Shown here in pieces: positions 43,488 to 61,408 of a DNA stretch of 61,408 bases (position 1 is its first letter; each line of letters starts with the position of its first letter). A model generated the notes under the pieces. That model did no database searches, was not told where the DNA came from, and saw only the letters and a program-made list of their open reading frames with translations. Position numbers and translations under genes: made by a program. The stretch comes from Actinotalea sp. GTDB taxonomy: Bacteria; Actinomycetota; Actinomycetes; Actinomycetales; Cellulomonadaceae. Location of the stretch: NCBI GenBank assembly GCA_036504175.1, contig DASXVR010000094.1:1-61408 (forward strand). Reading direction: 5' to 3'.

Positions 43488-44330
43488 ATGCCTGAGCTGA
43501 CCAACCCCCGCTCCGAGCGGGTGAAGGCAGTTCGCGCACTGGCCGGGCGTTCCGCGCGTCTGCGTTCAGGACGGTTCCTGGTCGAGGGCCCCCAGGCGGT
43601 CCGCGAGGCGGTGCGCTTCCGGGCCGCGAGCGTCGCGGACGTCTACGTCACGCAGGAGTCCGGCGACCGCTACCCCGAGATCACCAGGGCAGCTGCCGAG
43701 GCGGGCGTCAGGGTGCACCTCGCGTCAGCCGAGGTCCTCGAGGCCATGAGCGACGACGCTCAGCACGTCCTTGCCGTCGCGGCGACGACGAGGCTCGACC
43801 TGGACGCTGCGCTGTCCCGGTCTCCGCGGCTCGTGGCCGTGCTGGCGAACGTGCGCGACCCCGGCAACGCCGGGACCGTGATCCGGGCGGCCGACGCCTG
43901 CGGCGCCGACCTCGTCGTGCTCGCGGGGGACTCCGTCGACGTGCACAACCCCAAGGTGGTCCGCTCGACCGCGGGCTCCCTGTTCCACCTGCCGGTGGTC
44001 ACCGGGGTGACGGTGACCCAGGCGGTCGACGGCCTGCGTAGCGCCAGGCTCGGCGTGCTCGCCGCCGACGGTTCCGGTGAGCACGACCTCGACGACCTCC
44101 TGGACCTCGCCGCCGGTCCCGGGCAGGTGACCGGAGGGGCCCCCGACCTCCGCCGGCCGACCGCGTGGCTCTTCGGCAACGAGGCGTGGGGCCTGAGCGA
44201 GGCGGAGCGCGACCTTGCCGATGCCGTCGTGCGGGTGCCGATCCGTGGCCTGGCGGAGTCCCTCAACCTCGCCACAGCGGCGACCGTCTGCCTGTACGCC
44301 AGCTCCCGCGCGCAGCGCGCCGCAGGCTGA
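43488..44330 (+). CDS. TrmH/SpoU-family RNA methyltransferase
   Basis: FLVEGPQAVREA, VRDPGNAGTVIRAADA, FGNEAWGL, AESLNLATAA. Confidence 0.93.
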   Translation: MPELTNPRSERVKAVRALAGRSARLRSGRFLVEGPQAVREAVRFRAASVADVYVTQESGDRYPEITRAAAEAGVRVHLASAEVLEAMSDDAQHVLAVAATTRLDLDAALSRSPRLVAVLANVRDPGNAGTVIRAADACGADLVVLAGDSVDVHNPKVVRSTAGSLFHLPVVTGVTVTQAVDGLRSARLGVLAADGSGEHDLDDLLDLAAGPGQVTGGAPDLRRPTAWLFGNEAWGLSEAERDLADAVVRVPIRGLAESLNLATAATVCLYASSRAQRAAG

Positions 44331-44337
44331 GCCCGAC

Positions 44338-44997
44338 GTGCGCCTGTTCGCCGCGGTCCTGCCGCCCCCCGCCGCGCTCGACCACCTCGACACCGCCCTG
44401 ACAGCCGTGCGATCGGTGGCGCAGCCGCGGGACTCGCGCGGACCGGTGCGCTGGACGGACCCGTCGCAGCACCACCTGACCCTGGCGTTCTACGGCGAGG
44501 TGCCTGACGGCGCCGCTGAGGACCTCGTCGAGGCGCTCGCCGTCGTGGCCGACGACATCGAGCCGTTCAGCGTGGCGCTGCGCGGAGCCGGTCTCTTCGA
44601 CAGCCGGACGTTGTGGATCGGCTGCGCCGGCGACACGGCCGAGCTGGCCCGCCTGACCGCCGGCGCCGTGGCCGTCGGCGGCGAGGTCGTCGGGCGGGCC
44701 GACGACCGGGTCCGCTCGCGCGCCCACCTCACCGTGGCCCGTGTGGCAGCCAGAGCCCAGTCCCGCCGCCGGCCGGACCGTTCGACAGGTCCCGGTGCGC
44801 ACGACAGGGCTCGGCACAGCCGGGTCGACGCCGCGGCGGAGGTCGCAGCGCTGGTCCAGGCCCTCGCGGTGTACGAAGGTCCGAGCTGGACGGTCACCGA
44901 GGTCGCACTCGTCCAGTCGCAGCTGGGAGCAGGTGCTTCGGGTCGTCCGCGGCACGACGTGATCGCCCGGCTGCCGCTGCGGCCTGTGGCAGGATGA
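44338..44997 (+). CDS. thpR: RNA 2',3'-cyclic phosphodiesterase (2H family)
   Basis: N-terminal RLFAAV; two HxT motifs (HLTLAFYG, HLTVAR); LVQSQL. Confidence 0.88.
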   Translation: MRLFAAVLPPPAALDHLDTALTAVRSVAQPRDSRGPVRWTDPSQHHLTLAFYGEVPDGAAEDLVEALAVVADDIEPFSVALRGAGLFDSRTLWIGCAGDTAELARLTAGAVAVGGEVVGRADDRVRSRAHLTVARVAARAQSRRRPDRSTGPGAHDRARHSRVDAAAEVAALVQALAVYEGPSWTVTEVALVQSQLGAGASGRPRHDVIARLPLRPVAG

Positions 44998-46244
<1,247 letters not shown>

Positions 46245-46245
<1 letters not shown>

Positions 46246-48812
46246 TGCCGCGCATCCCCCTCGGCTGGTTGGCCGAGCACGTCGAGCTGCCCGCCGGCAC
46301 CACCGCCGAGACGCTGGCCGCGGACCTCGTCCGGGTCGGCCTCGAGGAGGAGGCGATCCACCCGGCAGCGGTGTCCGGCCCGCTCGTCGTCGGCGAGGTC
46401 GTCGAGCGGACCGAAGAGCCTCAGAAGAACGGCAAGACGATCAACTGGTGCCGTGTCGAGGTCGGCGCGTACGACGAGGTCGCCGAGGACGGGTCCCTCC
46501 GGCCTCGCGGGATCGTGTGCGGCGCGCACAACTTCGAGGTGGGCGACCGCGTCGTGGTGGCGCTGCCCGGAGCGGTGCTGCCCGGTCCCTTCCCCATCGC
46601 CTCGCGCAAGACCTACGGCCACGTCTCCGACGGGATGATCTGCTCCGTCCGCGAGCTCGGCCTGGGCGAGGACCACGACGGGATCATCGTGCTCTCCGAC
46701 CTCGGCCTGGACGGGGCGCCCGGCGACGACGCCCGCGCGCTGCTGGGGCTGGGGGAGGAGGTCCTCGAGATCAACGTCACCCCTGACCGCGGGTACTGCT
46801 TCTCGCTGCGCGGGGTCGCCCGCGAGTACAGCCACGCGACGGGAGCCCGGTTCACGGACCGCGGCGCTCCCGAGCCCCACCAGCCCGCAGCGCCGGGCTT
46901 CGCGGTCGACCTCGCGGACGACGCGCCGATCCACGGCGTCGCGGGCTGCGACCGCTTCGTCGCGCGCATCGTGCGCGGGGTGTCGGCGTCGGCTCCCTCC
47001 CCGGCCTGGATGCAGAACCGGCTGAGCCAGGCGGGGATGCGGCCCATCTCGCTGGCGGTGGACGTCACCAACTACGTGATGCTCGAGCTCGGCCAGCCGC
47101 TGCACGCCTATGACCTGGCGCAGGTCGCCGAGCCGGTCGTGGTCCGGCGTGCGCTCCCGGGAGACACGCTGACCACCCTGGACGGCGTCGCCCGACGGCT
47201 CGACCCGGAGGACCTGCTCATCACCGACTCCCCGGTCGGCGCGCCCGGCTCCCGGGTGCTCGGCCTCGCGGGGGTCATGGGCGGCGCCGACAGCGAGGTC
47301 ACCCCTGCGACGACCGACCTCCTGCTCGAGGCAGCGCACTTCGACCCGATCTCGGTCGCCCGCACGGCTCGCCGCCACAAGCTCGGCAGCGAGGCCGCCC
47401 GGCGGTTCGAACGTGGCGTCGACCCGCGCCTGCCCCGCGTCGCCCTCGACCGGGTCGTGGACCTGCTGGTGACCCACGGCGGCGGCACCGTGGACGCCGA
47501 GATCACCGATGTGGACCGGACCACGCCGCCGCCCACGATCGCCCTGCCCGGAGGGCTCCCCGCTGCGCTCATCGGCGTGCCCTACACCGTCGAGCAGGTG
47601 CGCGAGACCCTCGAGCTGATCGGCTGCGCGGTGGCGGACGGCTCCGACGGAGGCCTCGCGGTCACCGTCCCGAGCTGGCGGCCGGACCTCGCCGTGCCGG
47701 TGGACCTCGTCGAGGAGGTGGCGCGCCTGCGCGGGTACGACGAGATCCCGTCGATCCTCCCGCAGGCGCCGGCAGGCCGCGGCCTCACACGCGGGCAGCG
47801 CGTGCGCCGTTCGGTCGCCCGCGCGCTCGCTGACGCCGGCCTCGTCGAGACGCTCAGCTACCCCTTCGTGGGACCCCACCAGCACGACGAGCTGGGACTG
47901 TCCTCCGACGACGACCGTCGACGGGCCCTCCGGCTGGTCAACCCACTCTCCGAGCAGCAGCCGGAGATGAGGACCACCCTGCTGGAGACCCTGCTGGACA
48001 CCGCCAGGCGCAACGTCGCACGCGGCGCCGCGGATGTGGCCGTCTTCGAGATCGGGCTGGTCACCCTGCCAGGCGAGCTCGCGTCGGCGGCCCCTCGGCT
48101 GCCCGGAGGAATCCGTCCGTCGGACGAGGACCTGGCGCGGCTCGACGCCGCCGTCCCACCGCAGCCCCGCCGGGTCGCCGGCGTGCTCAGCGGGCTCCGT
48201 GAGCCTGCCGGCTGGTGGGGCCCGGGCCGACCGGCCGACCACACCGACGCCCTGGCAGCGGCAGCCCTGGTCGCCCGCACGGTCGGTGCTCAGCTCACCT
48301 CCGTCCCTGACGCGGACCGCGCTCCCTGGCACCCGGGCCGCACGGCCCGCCTCGAGACGCTCGACGGCGTCGTCGTCGGCCATGCGGGTGAGCTCCACCC
48401 CAACGTGGTCAGCGCTCTCGGCCTCCCGCCGCGGGCATCGGCGTTCGAGCTCGACCTGGACCTTCTCCTCGCGACGACGGCCGACAGCCCGGTTCAGGCG
48501 ACGCCCGTGTCGACCTACCCGGTCGCCAAGGAGGACATCGCGCTCGTCGTGGACGCGGACGTGCCGGCCGGCGAGCTGCTCACCGTGGTGCGCCAGGGCG
48601 CGGCGTCGTCGTCGGCGGGTGACGTCGTCGAGGACGTCCGGCTCTTCGACGTCTACACCGGCGCACAGGTGGGGGAGGGCAAGAAGTCGCTGGCCTTCTC
48701 CGTCCGGCTGCGGGCCCACGACCGCACGCTCACCTCGCAGGAGGCTGCGGCGGTGCGCGACGCGACGGTGGCCGCCGCGCACGCCCGTTTCGGGGCCGTC
48801 CTGCGCAGCTGA
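46245..48812 (+). CDS. pheT: Phenylalanine--tRNA ligase beta subunit
   Basis: IVCGAHN, SDGMICS, NVTPDRGYCFS, VDVTNYVMLELGQPLHAYD, RFERGVD, VPSWRPD, DLVEEVAR, LFDVYTG...KSLAF. Confidence 0.98.
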
Positions 48813-48883
48813 TCAGGGCCTGGTCCGATCAGCCCTTGGTCCGATCAGGCCCTTGGTCCGATCAGGCCCTCGGTCCGTTCAGG
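48811..48883. repeat. 16-17 bp tandem repeat (about 4.4 copies) filling the pheT / GNAT convergent gap
   Basis: GATCAGGGCCTGGTCC, GATCAGCCCTTGGTCC, GATCAGGCCCTTGGTCC, GATCAGGCCCTCGGTCC, GTTCAGG. Confidence 0.9.
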
Positions 48884-49394
48884 CGGTCGGCCGGACCATC
48901 AGGGCGACGGTGATGGTCCCGCCCTTGGTCTCGAGCTCGCCGATCTGCCGGAAGCCCAGGCGTGTGTGGAAGGCGATCGACTGCGGGTTCGGCGGGTCCA
49001 GGTTGACCTCGCACGACACCTCCGCCAGGCCGAGCTCGGCGGCGCGGGTCAGGGCTGCCCCGTACAGGGCACGGCCGATGCCGCGACCGTGCGCCTCCGG
49101 GGCGACCACGATGCGGTCGACGTAGAACGTGCCCGGACGGTTCGTCTCGAACCAGCGGTAGTTCTCGCTGGCGTACGCCGAGCCGGGCGCCAGGGCGAGC
49201 AGCATCGCCGCCGGCGATCCGTCGTGCTCGGCGGCGACGGCCAGGTCGCAGAGCGGCAGGTGACTGCGCAGACCGTCCAGGCCGAGCGGGCTGACCGCGG
49301 GCACGGCGGCGTCGTTGATGCTCGCCAGCCGAGGCAGGTCGGCCTCGGCGACGGGCCTGACGGCATGCACGGCGGAGGTCCAGGCGTCGGTCAT
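48879..49394 (-). CDS. GNAT family acetyltransferase
   Basis: YASENYRWF, FYVDRIVV...HGRGIGRALY, CEVNLDPPNPQSIAFH.RLGF. Confidence 0.9.
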   Translation of the reverse strand: MTDAWTSAVHAVRPVAEADLPRLASINDAAVPAVSPLGLDGLRSHLPLCDLAVAAEHDGSPAAMLLALAPGSAYASENYRWFETNRPGTFYVDRIVVAPEAHGRGIGRALYGAALTRAAELGLAEVSCEVNLDPPNPQSIAFHTRLGFRQIGELETKGGTITVALMVRPTA

Positions 49395-49476
49395 CGGGAC
49401 AGCCTTGCCTCGGGGGCGGCCCGAGTCCAGTCGGCTCTCGCCGGCGGTGCCGGTGCCGCCGGTTCGACGACGCGGG

Positions 49477-50463
49477 TCACGGCAGGAGCAGGACCTTCCC
49501 CGTCGTCGCGCGTCCCTCGAGCGCCCGGTGAGCGCTCGCTGCGTCCGTGAGGGCGAACCGTGCCCCGACCCGCACCTCGAGGGCGCCCTCCCGCACGGCA
49601 TCGAACAGCGCGGTGCCCCGCCGGAGGAGTTCCTCCCGCGTCGCGGTGTAGTCGCCGATCGTCGGCCGTGTCAGGTAGACCGACCCAGCCCGGTTCAGGC
49701 GCTGCGGGTCCACCGGCGGTACAGGCCCCGACGACGCTCCGAAGAGCGCGAGACCGCCACGTCGGCGGAGCGATGCCAGCGAGGCGTCGAACGTGGTGCG
49801 TCCCACACCGTCGAACACGGTGTCGACGCCGACGCCGTCGGTCAGGGCGCGGACCCGCTCGGGCAGGTCCACCGTCAGGTCCGTCAGCTGGTCGTACCGG
49901 ATGACGTCGCCGGCGCCGGCAGCTCGCGAGAGCTCCTCCTTCTCGGGGGTGGACACGGTCGTCAGGACGCGCGCGCCCCGGGCCACGGCGAGCTGGGTCA
50001 GCAGGAGACCGACGCCCCCGGCGCCGGCGTGCACCAGGACCACCTGACCAGCGCTGACAGGGAACGTGGAGTCGACGAGGTAGTGCGCGGTGATCCCCTG
50101 GAGCAGGAGCGCGGCCGCCACGTCGGAGGCGACCTCGTCGGGCACCGGGACGGCCTGCCTCGCGTCCACCGCCACGAGCTCGGCGTAGGAGCCCGTCACC
50201 GAGCTCGTCCAGGCGACGCGATCGCCGACGCCGACGCCCTCCACCCCGGTTCCCACCCCGACGACGACCCCGGCACCCTCGCTGCCGACGACGTGGGGGA
50301 AGGCCATCGGGTAGACGCCCGCCCGCCGGTAGGTGTCGATGAAGTTGACGCCGGCCGCCTCCACCCGGACGACCAGCTGCCCAGGGGCCGGAGACGGGTC
50401 GTCGATCTCCACCAGGGACAGGACCTCGGGACCGCCGGGGGACGTGGCGTGGATGGCTCGCAT
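49477..50463 (-). CDS. qor: NADPH:quinone oxidoreductase (zeta-crystallin/MDR family)
   Basis: [54 protein letters not shown]. Confidence 0.93.
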   Translation of the reverse strand: MRAIHATSPGGPEVLSLVEIDDPSPAPGQLVVRVEAAGVNFIDTYRRAGVYPMAFPHVVGSEGAGVVVGVGTGVEGVGVGDRVAWTSSVTGSYAELVAVDARQAVPVPDEVASDVAAALLLQGITAHYLVDSTFPVSAGQVVLVHAGAGGVGLLLTQLAVARGARVLTTVSTPEKEELSRAAGAGDVIRYDQLTDLTVDLPERVRALTDGVGVDTVFDGVGRTTFDASLASLRRRGGLALFGASSGPVPPVDPQRLNRAGSVYLTRPTIGDYTATREELLRRGTALFDAVREGALEVRVGARFALTDAASAHRALEGRATTGKVLLLP

Positions 50464-50532
50464 GGCAGCGCCAACGCGACGCCGTCCGATGGGATTCCCT
50501 CGCACGCCGACGCTCCGGACCGGCGGGGTCGA

Positions 50533-50566
50533 CGCACGCCCATGCACCCTGGTGTATATTCATGCA
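50533..50566 (+). promoter_or_regulatory. Tandem ARG boxes overlapping the leaderless argC promoter
   Basis: CGCACGCCCATGCA (50533) and TGTATATTCATGCA (50553), 20 nt apart, resembling TGCATA-N3-ATGCA. The -10 TATATT lies 7 nt before the ATG at 50568, and argR is in the operon. Confidence 0.75.
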
Positions 50567-50567
50567 C

Positions 50568-51614
50568 ATGACGATCAGGGTCGCGGTGTCGGGCGCGAGC
50601 GGGTACGCCGGAGGCGAGATCCTCCGCCTGCTCTCCACCCACCCCGACGTCGAGATCGGCGCCGTCACGGCCCACGCCTCCGCAGGGGACCTGCTCGGAG
50701 CCCACCAGCCGCACCTGCGGTCCCTGGCCCACCGCGTCATCGAGCCGACGACGCCGGAGGTGCTGGCCGGCCATGACGTCGTCGTCCTCGCCCTGCCGCA
50801 CGGAGCCTCCGGCGCTGTGGCAGCGGCCCTCGGTGACGGGCCGCTCGTCCTGGACTGCGGAGCCGACCACAGGCTCGCCGACCCCGCCGCCTGGGCCGAG
50901 TTCTACGGCGGGCAGCATGCCGGGACGTGGGAGTACGGACTGCCCGAGATGCTGCTCGCCGGCGGTGGCCGCCAGCGCGAGAACCTGGTCGGGGTGCATC
51001 GGGTCGCCGTCCCGGGCTGCAACGTCACGGCCGTGACCCTCGGCATCCAGCCCGGCGTGGCCGCCGGGCTCGTCGATCCCACCGATCTCGTGGCGGTCCT
51101 CGCCGTCGGGTACTCCGGAGCGGGCAAGGTCGCCAAGCCCCACCTCCTGGCGTCGGAGGCGCTCGGTTCGGCGACGCCCTACGCCGTGGGTGGCACCCAC
51201 CGGCACATCCCGGAGATCGAGCAGAACCTGCGAGCCGCGGGCGCCTCACGGGTGACCATCTCCTTCACCCCTGTGCTCGTGCCGATGTCACGAGGCATCC
51301 TGGCGACGACGACCGCTCGCCTCGCCGCCGGTGCCGATGCGGGTGCGGTCCGGGAAGCGTGGGAGAGGGCGTATGCCGACGAGCCCTTCGTGCACCTCCT
51401 GCCGGAGGGCCAGTGGCCGACGACGGCCTCCACCCTCGGCGCGAACACGGCGCTGGTCCAGGTCGCCGTGGACGAACGCGCCGGCCGCGTCGTGACGGTC
51501 GCGGCGCTCGACAACCTCGTCAAGGGGACGGCCGGAGCCGCTGTGCAGTCCATGAACATCGCGCTCGGCCTCCCGGAGACGACAGGCCTGCCCCACGAAG
51601 GAGTCGCCCCGTGA
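50568..51614 (+). CDS. argC: N-acetyl-gamma-glutamyl-phosphate reductase
   Basis: [46 protein letters not shown]. Confidence 0.97.
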   Translation: MTIRVAVSGASGYAGGEILRLLSTHPDVEIGAVTAHASAGDLLGAHQPHLRSLAHRVIEPTTPEVLAGHDVVVLALPHGASGAVAAALGDGPLVLDCGADHRLADPAAWAEFYGGQHAGTWEYGLPEMLLAGGGRQRENLVGVHRVAVPGCNVTAVTLGIQPGVAAGLVDPTDLVAVLAVGYSGAGKVAKPHLLASEALGSATPYAVGGTHRHIPEIEQNLRAAGASRVTISFTPVLVPMSRGILATTTARLAAGADAGAVREAWERAYADEPFVHLLPEGQWPTTASTLGANTALVQVAVDERAGRVVTVAALDNLVKGTAGAAVQSMNIALGLPETTGLPHEGVAP

Positions 51615-52774
51615 GCGTCACCAGTCCCGCAGGCTTCCGCGCAGCAGGGGTCACCGCGGGCCTCAAGGCGTCCGGCCGCCCCGACGTGGCCCTGGTCGTC
51701 AACGACGGCCCGCTCGACGTCGCGGCCGCGGTCTTCACCAGCAACCGCGTCGTCGGTGCGCCAGTCGTCTGGTCGCGCCAGGCCGTCTCCGACGGTGTTG
51801 CCCGCGCCGTGGTCCTCAACTCCGGCGGCGCCAACGTCTGCACGGGCCCGCAGGGGTTCCAGGACGTCCATGCGACCGCCGAGCTGGTCGGTGACCTGCT
51901 CTCCGTGTCGGCAGGCGACGTCGTGGTGTGCTCGACCGGGCTCATCGGGGAGCGCCTGCCGGTCGACAAGCTCCTCGCGGGTGTCACCGCCGCTGCCGGG
52001 CAGCTGAGCGCGGACGGGGGCGACGACGCGGCGGTCGCGATCATGACGACGGACAGCGTCCCCAAGGTCGTCCACGTCGTCCGTGACGGGTGGTCGGTCG
52101 GCGGCATGGCGAAGGGCGCCGGGATGCTCGCGCCCGGTCTGGCCACGATGCTGTGCGTGCTGACCACCGACGCCGTGGTGGACGCCGCAGCCGCCGACGC
52201 CGCCCTGCGTGCCGCCACGCGGACGACGTTCGACCGGGTGGACTCCGACGGCTGCATGTCCACCTCGGACACCGTCACCCTGCTCGTCTCGGGCGCGTCC
52301 GGCGTTGCCGTCGCGCCGGCTGACCTGACGGAAGCCCTTACGCAGGCGTGCGGGGCGCTGGCCCGTGCGCTCGTTGCGGACGCCGAGGGAGCCACCCACG
52401 ACATCGCGGTCACCGTGGTCAACGCCGAGCACGAGGACGCCGCTGTCGCGGTCGCGCGCGCGGTCACGCGCTCCAACCTGTTCAAGGCGGCCATGTACGG
52501 CAACGACCCGAACTGGGGACGCGTGCTCGCCCAGGTGGGCACCGTCCCGGTCGAGGTGGCCGCGTTCGACCCCGCCGCGCTGGATGTCAGCATCAACGGT
52601 GTGCAGGTCTGCCGCGCCGGTGGCGTCGGCGACCCGCGGGAGCTCGTCCGGCTCGGCGACGCACGGGAGGTGACCGTCGTGATCGACCTCCACGCCGGCA
52701 GCGCGGGCGCGACCGTCTGGACCAACGACCTCACGCACGAGTACGTCCACGAGAACAGCGCGTACTCGACATGA
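51611..52774 (+). CDS. argJ: Ornithine acetyltransferase / N-acetylglutamate synthase
   Basis: [53 protein letters not shown]. Confidence 0.97.
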   Translation: MSVTSPAGFRAAGVTAGLKASGRPDVALVVNDGPLDVAAAVFTSNRVVGAPVVWSRQAVSDGVARAVVLNSGGANVCTGPQGFQDVHATAELVGDLLSVSAGDVVVCSTGLIGERLPVDKLLAGVTAAAGQLSADGGDDAAVAIMTTDSVPKVVHVVRDGWSVGGMAKGAGMLAPGLATMLCVLTTDAVVDAAAADAALRAATRTTFDRVDSDGCMSTSDTVTLLVSGASGVAVAPADLTEALTQACGALARALVADAEGATHDIAVTVVNAEHEDAAVAVARAVTRSNLFKAAMYGNDPNWGRVLAQVGTVPVEVAAFDPAALDVSINGVQVCRAGGVGDPRELVRLGDAREVTVVIDLHAGSAGATVWTNDLTHEYVHENSAYST

Positions 52775-53786
52775 GCCAGCCCACGCCCGCCGCGGGCGCA
52801 CCCACCGACCCGCGCGAGGTCCCGGGGCTCGACGTGCGCACCGACCTGCGCCCCGACCAGAAGGCCGAGGTGCTGATCGAGGCCCTGCCGTGGCTCGAGC
52901 GCTTCCGCGGTGCCCTCTTCGTCGTGAAGTACGGCGGCAACGCCATGATCGACGACGACCTCAAGCGTGCCTTCGCAGAGGACATGGTCTTCCTGCGGAT
53001 GGTCGGCCTCCACCCCGTCGTGGTGCACGGTGGCGGCCCGCAGATCTCGACCATGCTGCGCCGGCTCGGTATCGAGAGCGAGTTCCGCGGCGGGCTGCGC
53101 GTGACCACCCCCGAGAGCATGGACGTCGTCCGGATGGTGCTCACCGGCCAGGTCTCGCGCGAGCTGGTCGGCCTGCTCAACGCGCACGGACCGCACGCCG
53201 TCGGGCTCTCCGGCGAGGACGGTGGCCTGCTGCGCGCTCGCCGCCGCAAGGCGACCGTCGACGGCCGGCTCGTGGACGTCGGCCAGGTCGGTGACGTGGT
53301 CGAGGTCGACCCCCGCGCCGTGCAGGACCTCCTGGACGCCGGTCGCATCCCTGTCGTCTCCACGGTGGCCCCGGACATCGACGACCCGACGCAGGTGCTC
53401 AACGTCAACGCCGACACCGCCGCGGCGGCGCTGGCCGTGGCGCTGGGCGCGACGAAGCTGATCATCCTGACCGACGTCGAGGGCCTCTACACCGACTGGC
53501 CCGACCGGACCTCGCTCGCCCGCCAGATCCGGGTCTCGGCGCTCGCGGCCCTGCTCCCGCGGCTGGAGGAAGGGATGGTCCCGAAGATGGAGGCATGCCT
53601 GCGGGCGGTGCGGGGCGGCGTGCCGCAGGCGCACGTCGTCGACGGCCGCCAGGCGCACTCGGTCCTGACCGAGGTCTTCACCGAGCGTGGCGTCGGCACG
53701 ATGGTCCTGCCCGACGACCTGCGTACCGGATCCCTGCCCGTGGTGCGGCCCGCTCCGGGTGCGACGGGCCCCGCCGGAGGTGCCCT

Positions 53787-53790
<4 letters not shown>
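52771..53790 (+). CDS. argB: Acetylglutamate kinase
   Basis: [38 protein letters not shown]. Confidence 0.97.
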
Positions 53791-56466
<2,676 letters not shown>

Positions 56467-56535
56467 ACGCGCGACGACCCCTCACCCGACCCGCACCTGC
56501 GACGTGCTCCACCCCTGCTCAGAAAGAGAACCCTG

Positions 56536-59883
<3,348 letters not shown>

Positions 59884-59896
59884 CCATGCTCGTCCC

Positions 59897-60652
59897 GTGC
59901 CTCCCGTGAGCTCGACCCCCGTGCCCGCGCCCGCCGTGTCGTCGCCTGCCGCGCCGCCGCCCGCCGCGTCGTCGCGCGACGTCCTCGCCCGCCGCGTCCT
60001 CGACGTCGCCCCGGCCCTGCTGGGCTGCCACGTGACCACCGTGCTCGATGGGGGCACGGTGACGGCCCGGATCACCGAGGTCGAGGCCTACGACGGAGCG
60101 GCCGACCCGGGCTCGCACGCGTTCCGAGGGCGTACCCCCCGCAACGCCGTGATGTTCGGTCCCCCCGGCCACCTCTACGTCTACCGCCATCTCGGCCTGC
60201 ACTTCTGCGCCAACGTGGTCACCGGAGCCGAAGGCTCCGCATCAGCCGTCCTCCTGCGCGCGGGCGAGATCGTCGAGGGGCGCGAGCTCGCGCGTGCCCG
60301 ACGCCTCGAGCGCGGCGTGGTGCGCACGGACGCCGACCTCGCCCGTGGTCCGGCCCGCCTGGCCGCAGCCCTCGGCCTGGACCTGACCGTCGCCGGCGCG
60401 GACCTCCTCGCCGCGACGAGCACCGTCCGCCTCGTCCTGCCGCCGACGATCCCGGTCCGGTACGCGACCGGCCCGCGGGTCGGTGTCGCAGGCCTGGGCG
60501 GCGATGCCGACCGGTTCCCGTGGCGCTTCTGGCTGGTCGGCGAGGAGACCGTGTCGGCCTACCGCCGTGCGGCCGCGCCCCGCGTTCGGGAACGACGCGG
60601 GACGTCCCGCTCGGACGCCGCGCCGCCGGACCCCCGCGGCACGGCACACTAG
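59897..60652 (+). CDS. DNA-3-methyladenine glycosylase (AAG/MPG family)
   Basis: [56 protein letters not shown]. Confidence 0.93.
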   Translation: MPPVSSTPVPAPAVSSPAAPPPAASSRDVLARRVLDVAPALLGCHVTTVLDGGTVTARITEVEAYDGAADPGSHAFRGRTPRNAVMFGPPGHLYVYRHLGLHFCANVVTGAEGSASAVLLRAGEIVEGRELARARRLERGVVRTDADLARGPARLAAALGLDLTVAGADLLAATSTVRLVLPPTIPVRYATGPRVGVAGLGGDADRFPWRFWLVGEETVSAYRRAAAPRVRERRGTSRSDAAPPDPRGTAH

Positions 60653-60695
60653 GCGCACCCACCCGGCCGAGAGCCGGACCGTCGAGAAGGAGCCC

Positions 60696-61408
60696 GTGGT
60701 GCACATCCTGGACGAGCTGCACTGGCGCGGACTGGTCGCCCAGTCCACCGACGAGCAGGCCTTGCGTGAGGCCATGTCAGCCGGGCCCGTGGCTCTCTAC
60801 TGCGGCTTCGACCCGACGGCCCAGAGCCTGCACATCGGCAACCTCGTCCAGATCCTCACCGTGCGCCGCCTGCAGCTGGCCGGCCACCGTCCCTTCGCCC
60901 TCGTCGGCGGCGCGACCGGTCTCATCGGCGACCCGAAGATGACCGACGAGCGCACGCTCAACGCACCCGACGTGGTGGCGGGGTGGGTCGAGCGCATCCG
61001 CGCCCAGATCGAGCCTCTGCTCGACTTCGAGGGTCCGGCGGCCGCCCAGATGGTCAACAACCTCGACTGGACGGCGCCGCTGTCGGCGATCGACTTCCTC
61101 CGCGACGTCGGGAAGCACTACCGCCTCGGGACGATGCTCGCCAAGGACACGGTCGCCCGGCGGTTGAGCAGCGAGCAGGGCATCAGCTTCACGGAGTTCA
61201 GCTACCAGATCCTGCAGGGGATGGACTACCTCGAGCTGCATCGGCGGCACGGGGTGAGCCTGCAGACGGGTGGCAACGACCAGTGGGGCAACCTGCTCTC
61301 AGGTGTCGAGCTGATCCGCAAGGTCGAGCACACACCGGTCCACGCGCTGGCGACACCGCTGATCACCAAGGCGGACGGCACCAAGTTCGGCAAGACCGAG
61401 ACCGGCAC
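60696..61408 (+). CDS. tyrS: Tyrosine--tRNA ligase, 5' part (truncated by the window)
   Basis: Manual translation: [75 protein letters not shown] precedes the GTG at 60696. Confidence 0.97.
   Translation, partial: MVHILDELHWRGLVAQSTDEQALREAMSAGPVALYCGFDPTAQSLHIGNLVQILTVRRLQLAGHRPFALVGGATGLIGDPKMTDERTLNAPDVVAGWVERIRAQIEPLLDFEGPAAAQMVNNLDWTAPLSAIDFLRDVGKHYRLGTMLAKDTVARRLSSEQGISFTEFSYQILQGMDYLELHRRHGVSLQTGGNDQWGNLLSGVELIRKVEHTPVHALATPLITKADGTKFGKTETG

Noticed and set aside
48811-48883. Possible CRISPR array
   Set aside because: Units are 16-17 bp, directly abutting, with no unique spacers, and there are no cas genes in the window.
60640-60695. Regulatory leader for tyrS
   Set aside because: Only about 45 nt with one 5-bp hairpin; no uORF, Tyr codon or T-box.

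Overview
A very GC-rich actinobacterial chromosome segment (Micrococcales; gene content and protein style suggest Cellulomonadaceae, which is an inference). It is almost all core genome. In order: a minus-strand moxR-DUF58-transglutaminase triad; the division/cell-wall (dcw) cluster mraZ-rsmH-ftsL-ftsI-murE-mraY-murD-ftsW-murG-murC-ftsQ-ftsZ-pgeF-sepF-yggT-divIVA; dksA-like, lspA, rluA/D and dnaE; a split his cluster with an RqlH-type RecQ helicase and small accessory genes; infC-rpmI-rplT, trmH, thpR and pheST; argCJBDFRGH; a P-loop kinase; a 3-methyladenine glycosylase; and the 5' part of tyrS. I see no mobile element, CRISPR array, tRNA or rRNA. Two observations stand out. (1) There is no intact murF. 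Only a MurF C-terminal domain with its ligand-binding motifs eroded remains, fused in frame to MurE. (2) pheS is preceded by a leaderless 21-codon uORF with one rare UUU Phe codon. The uORF's 5' part is complementary to the pheS Shine-Dalgarno region, which suggests a Phe-sensing translational attenuator. Also visible: an attenuator-like infC leader with an AUC start, the mraW RNA motif, three clusters of MraZ boxes, a GCGACACGC motif before three division promoters, tandem ARG boxes and many leaderless promoters. All calls come from reading motifs by eye; no searches or folding programs were run.
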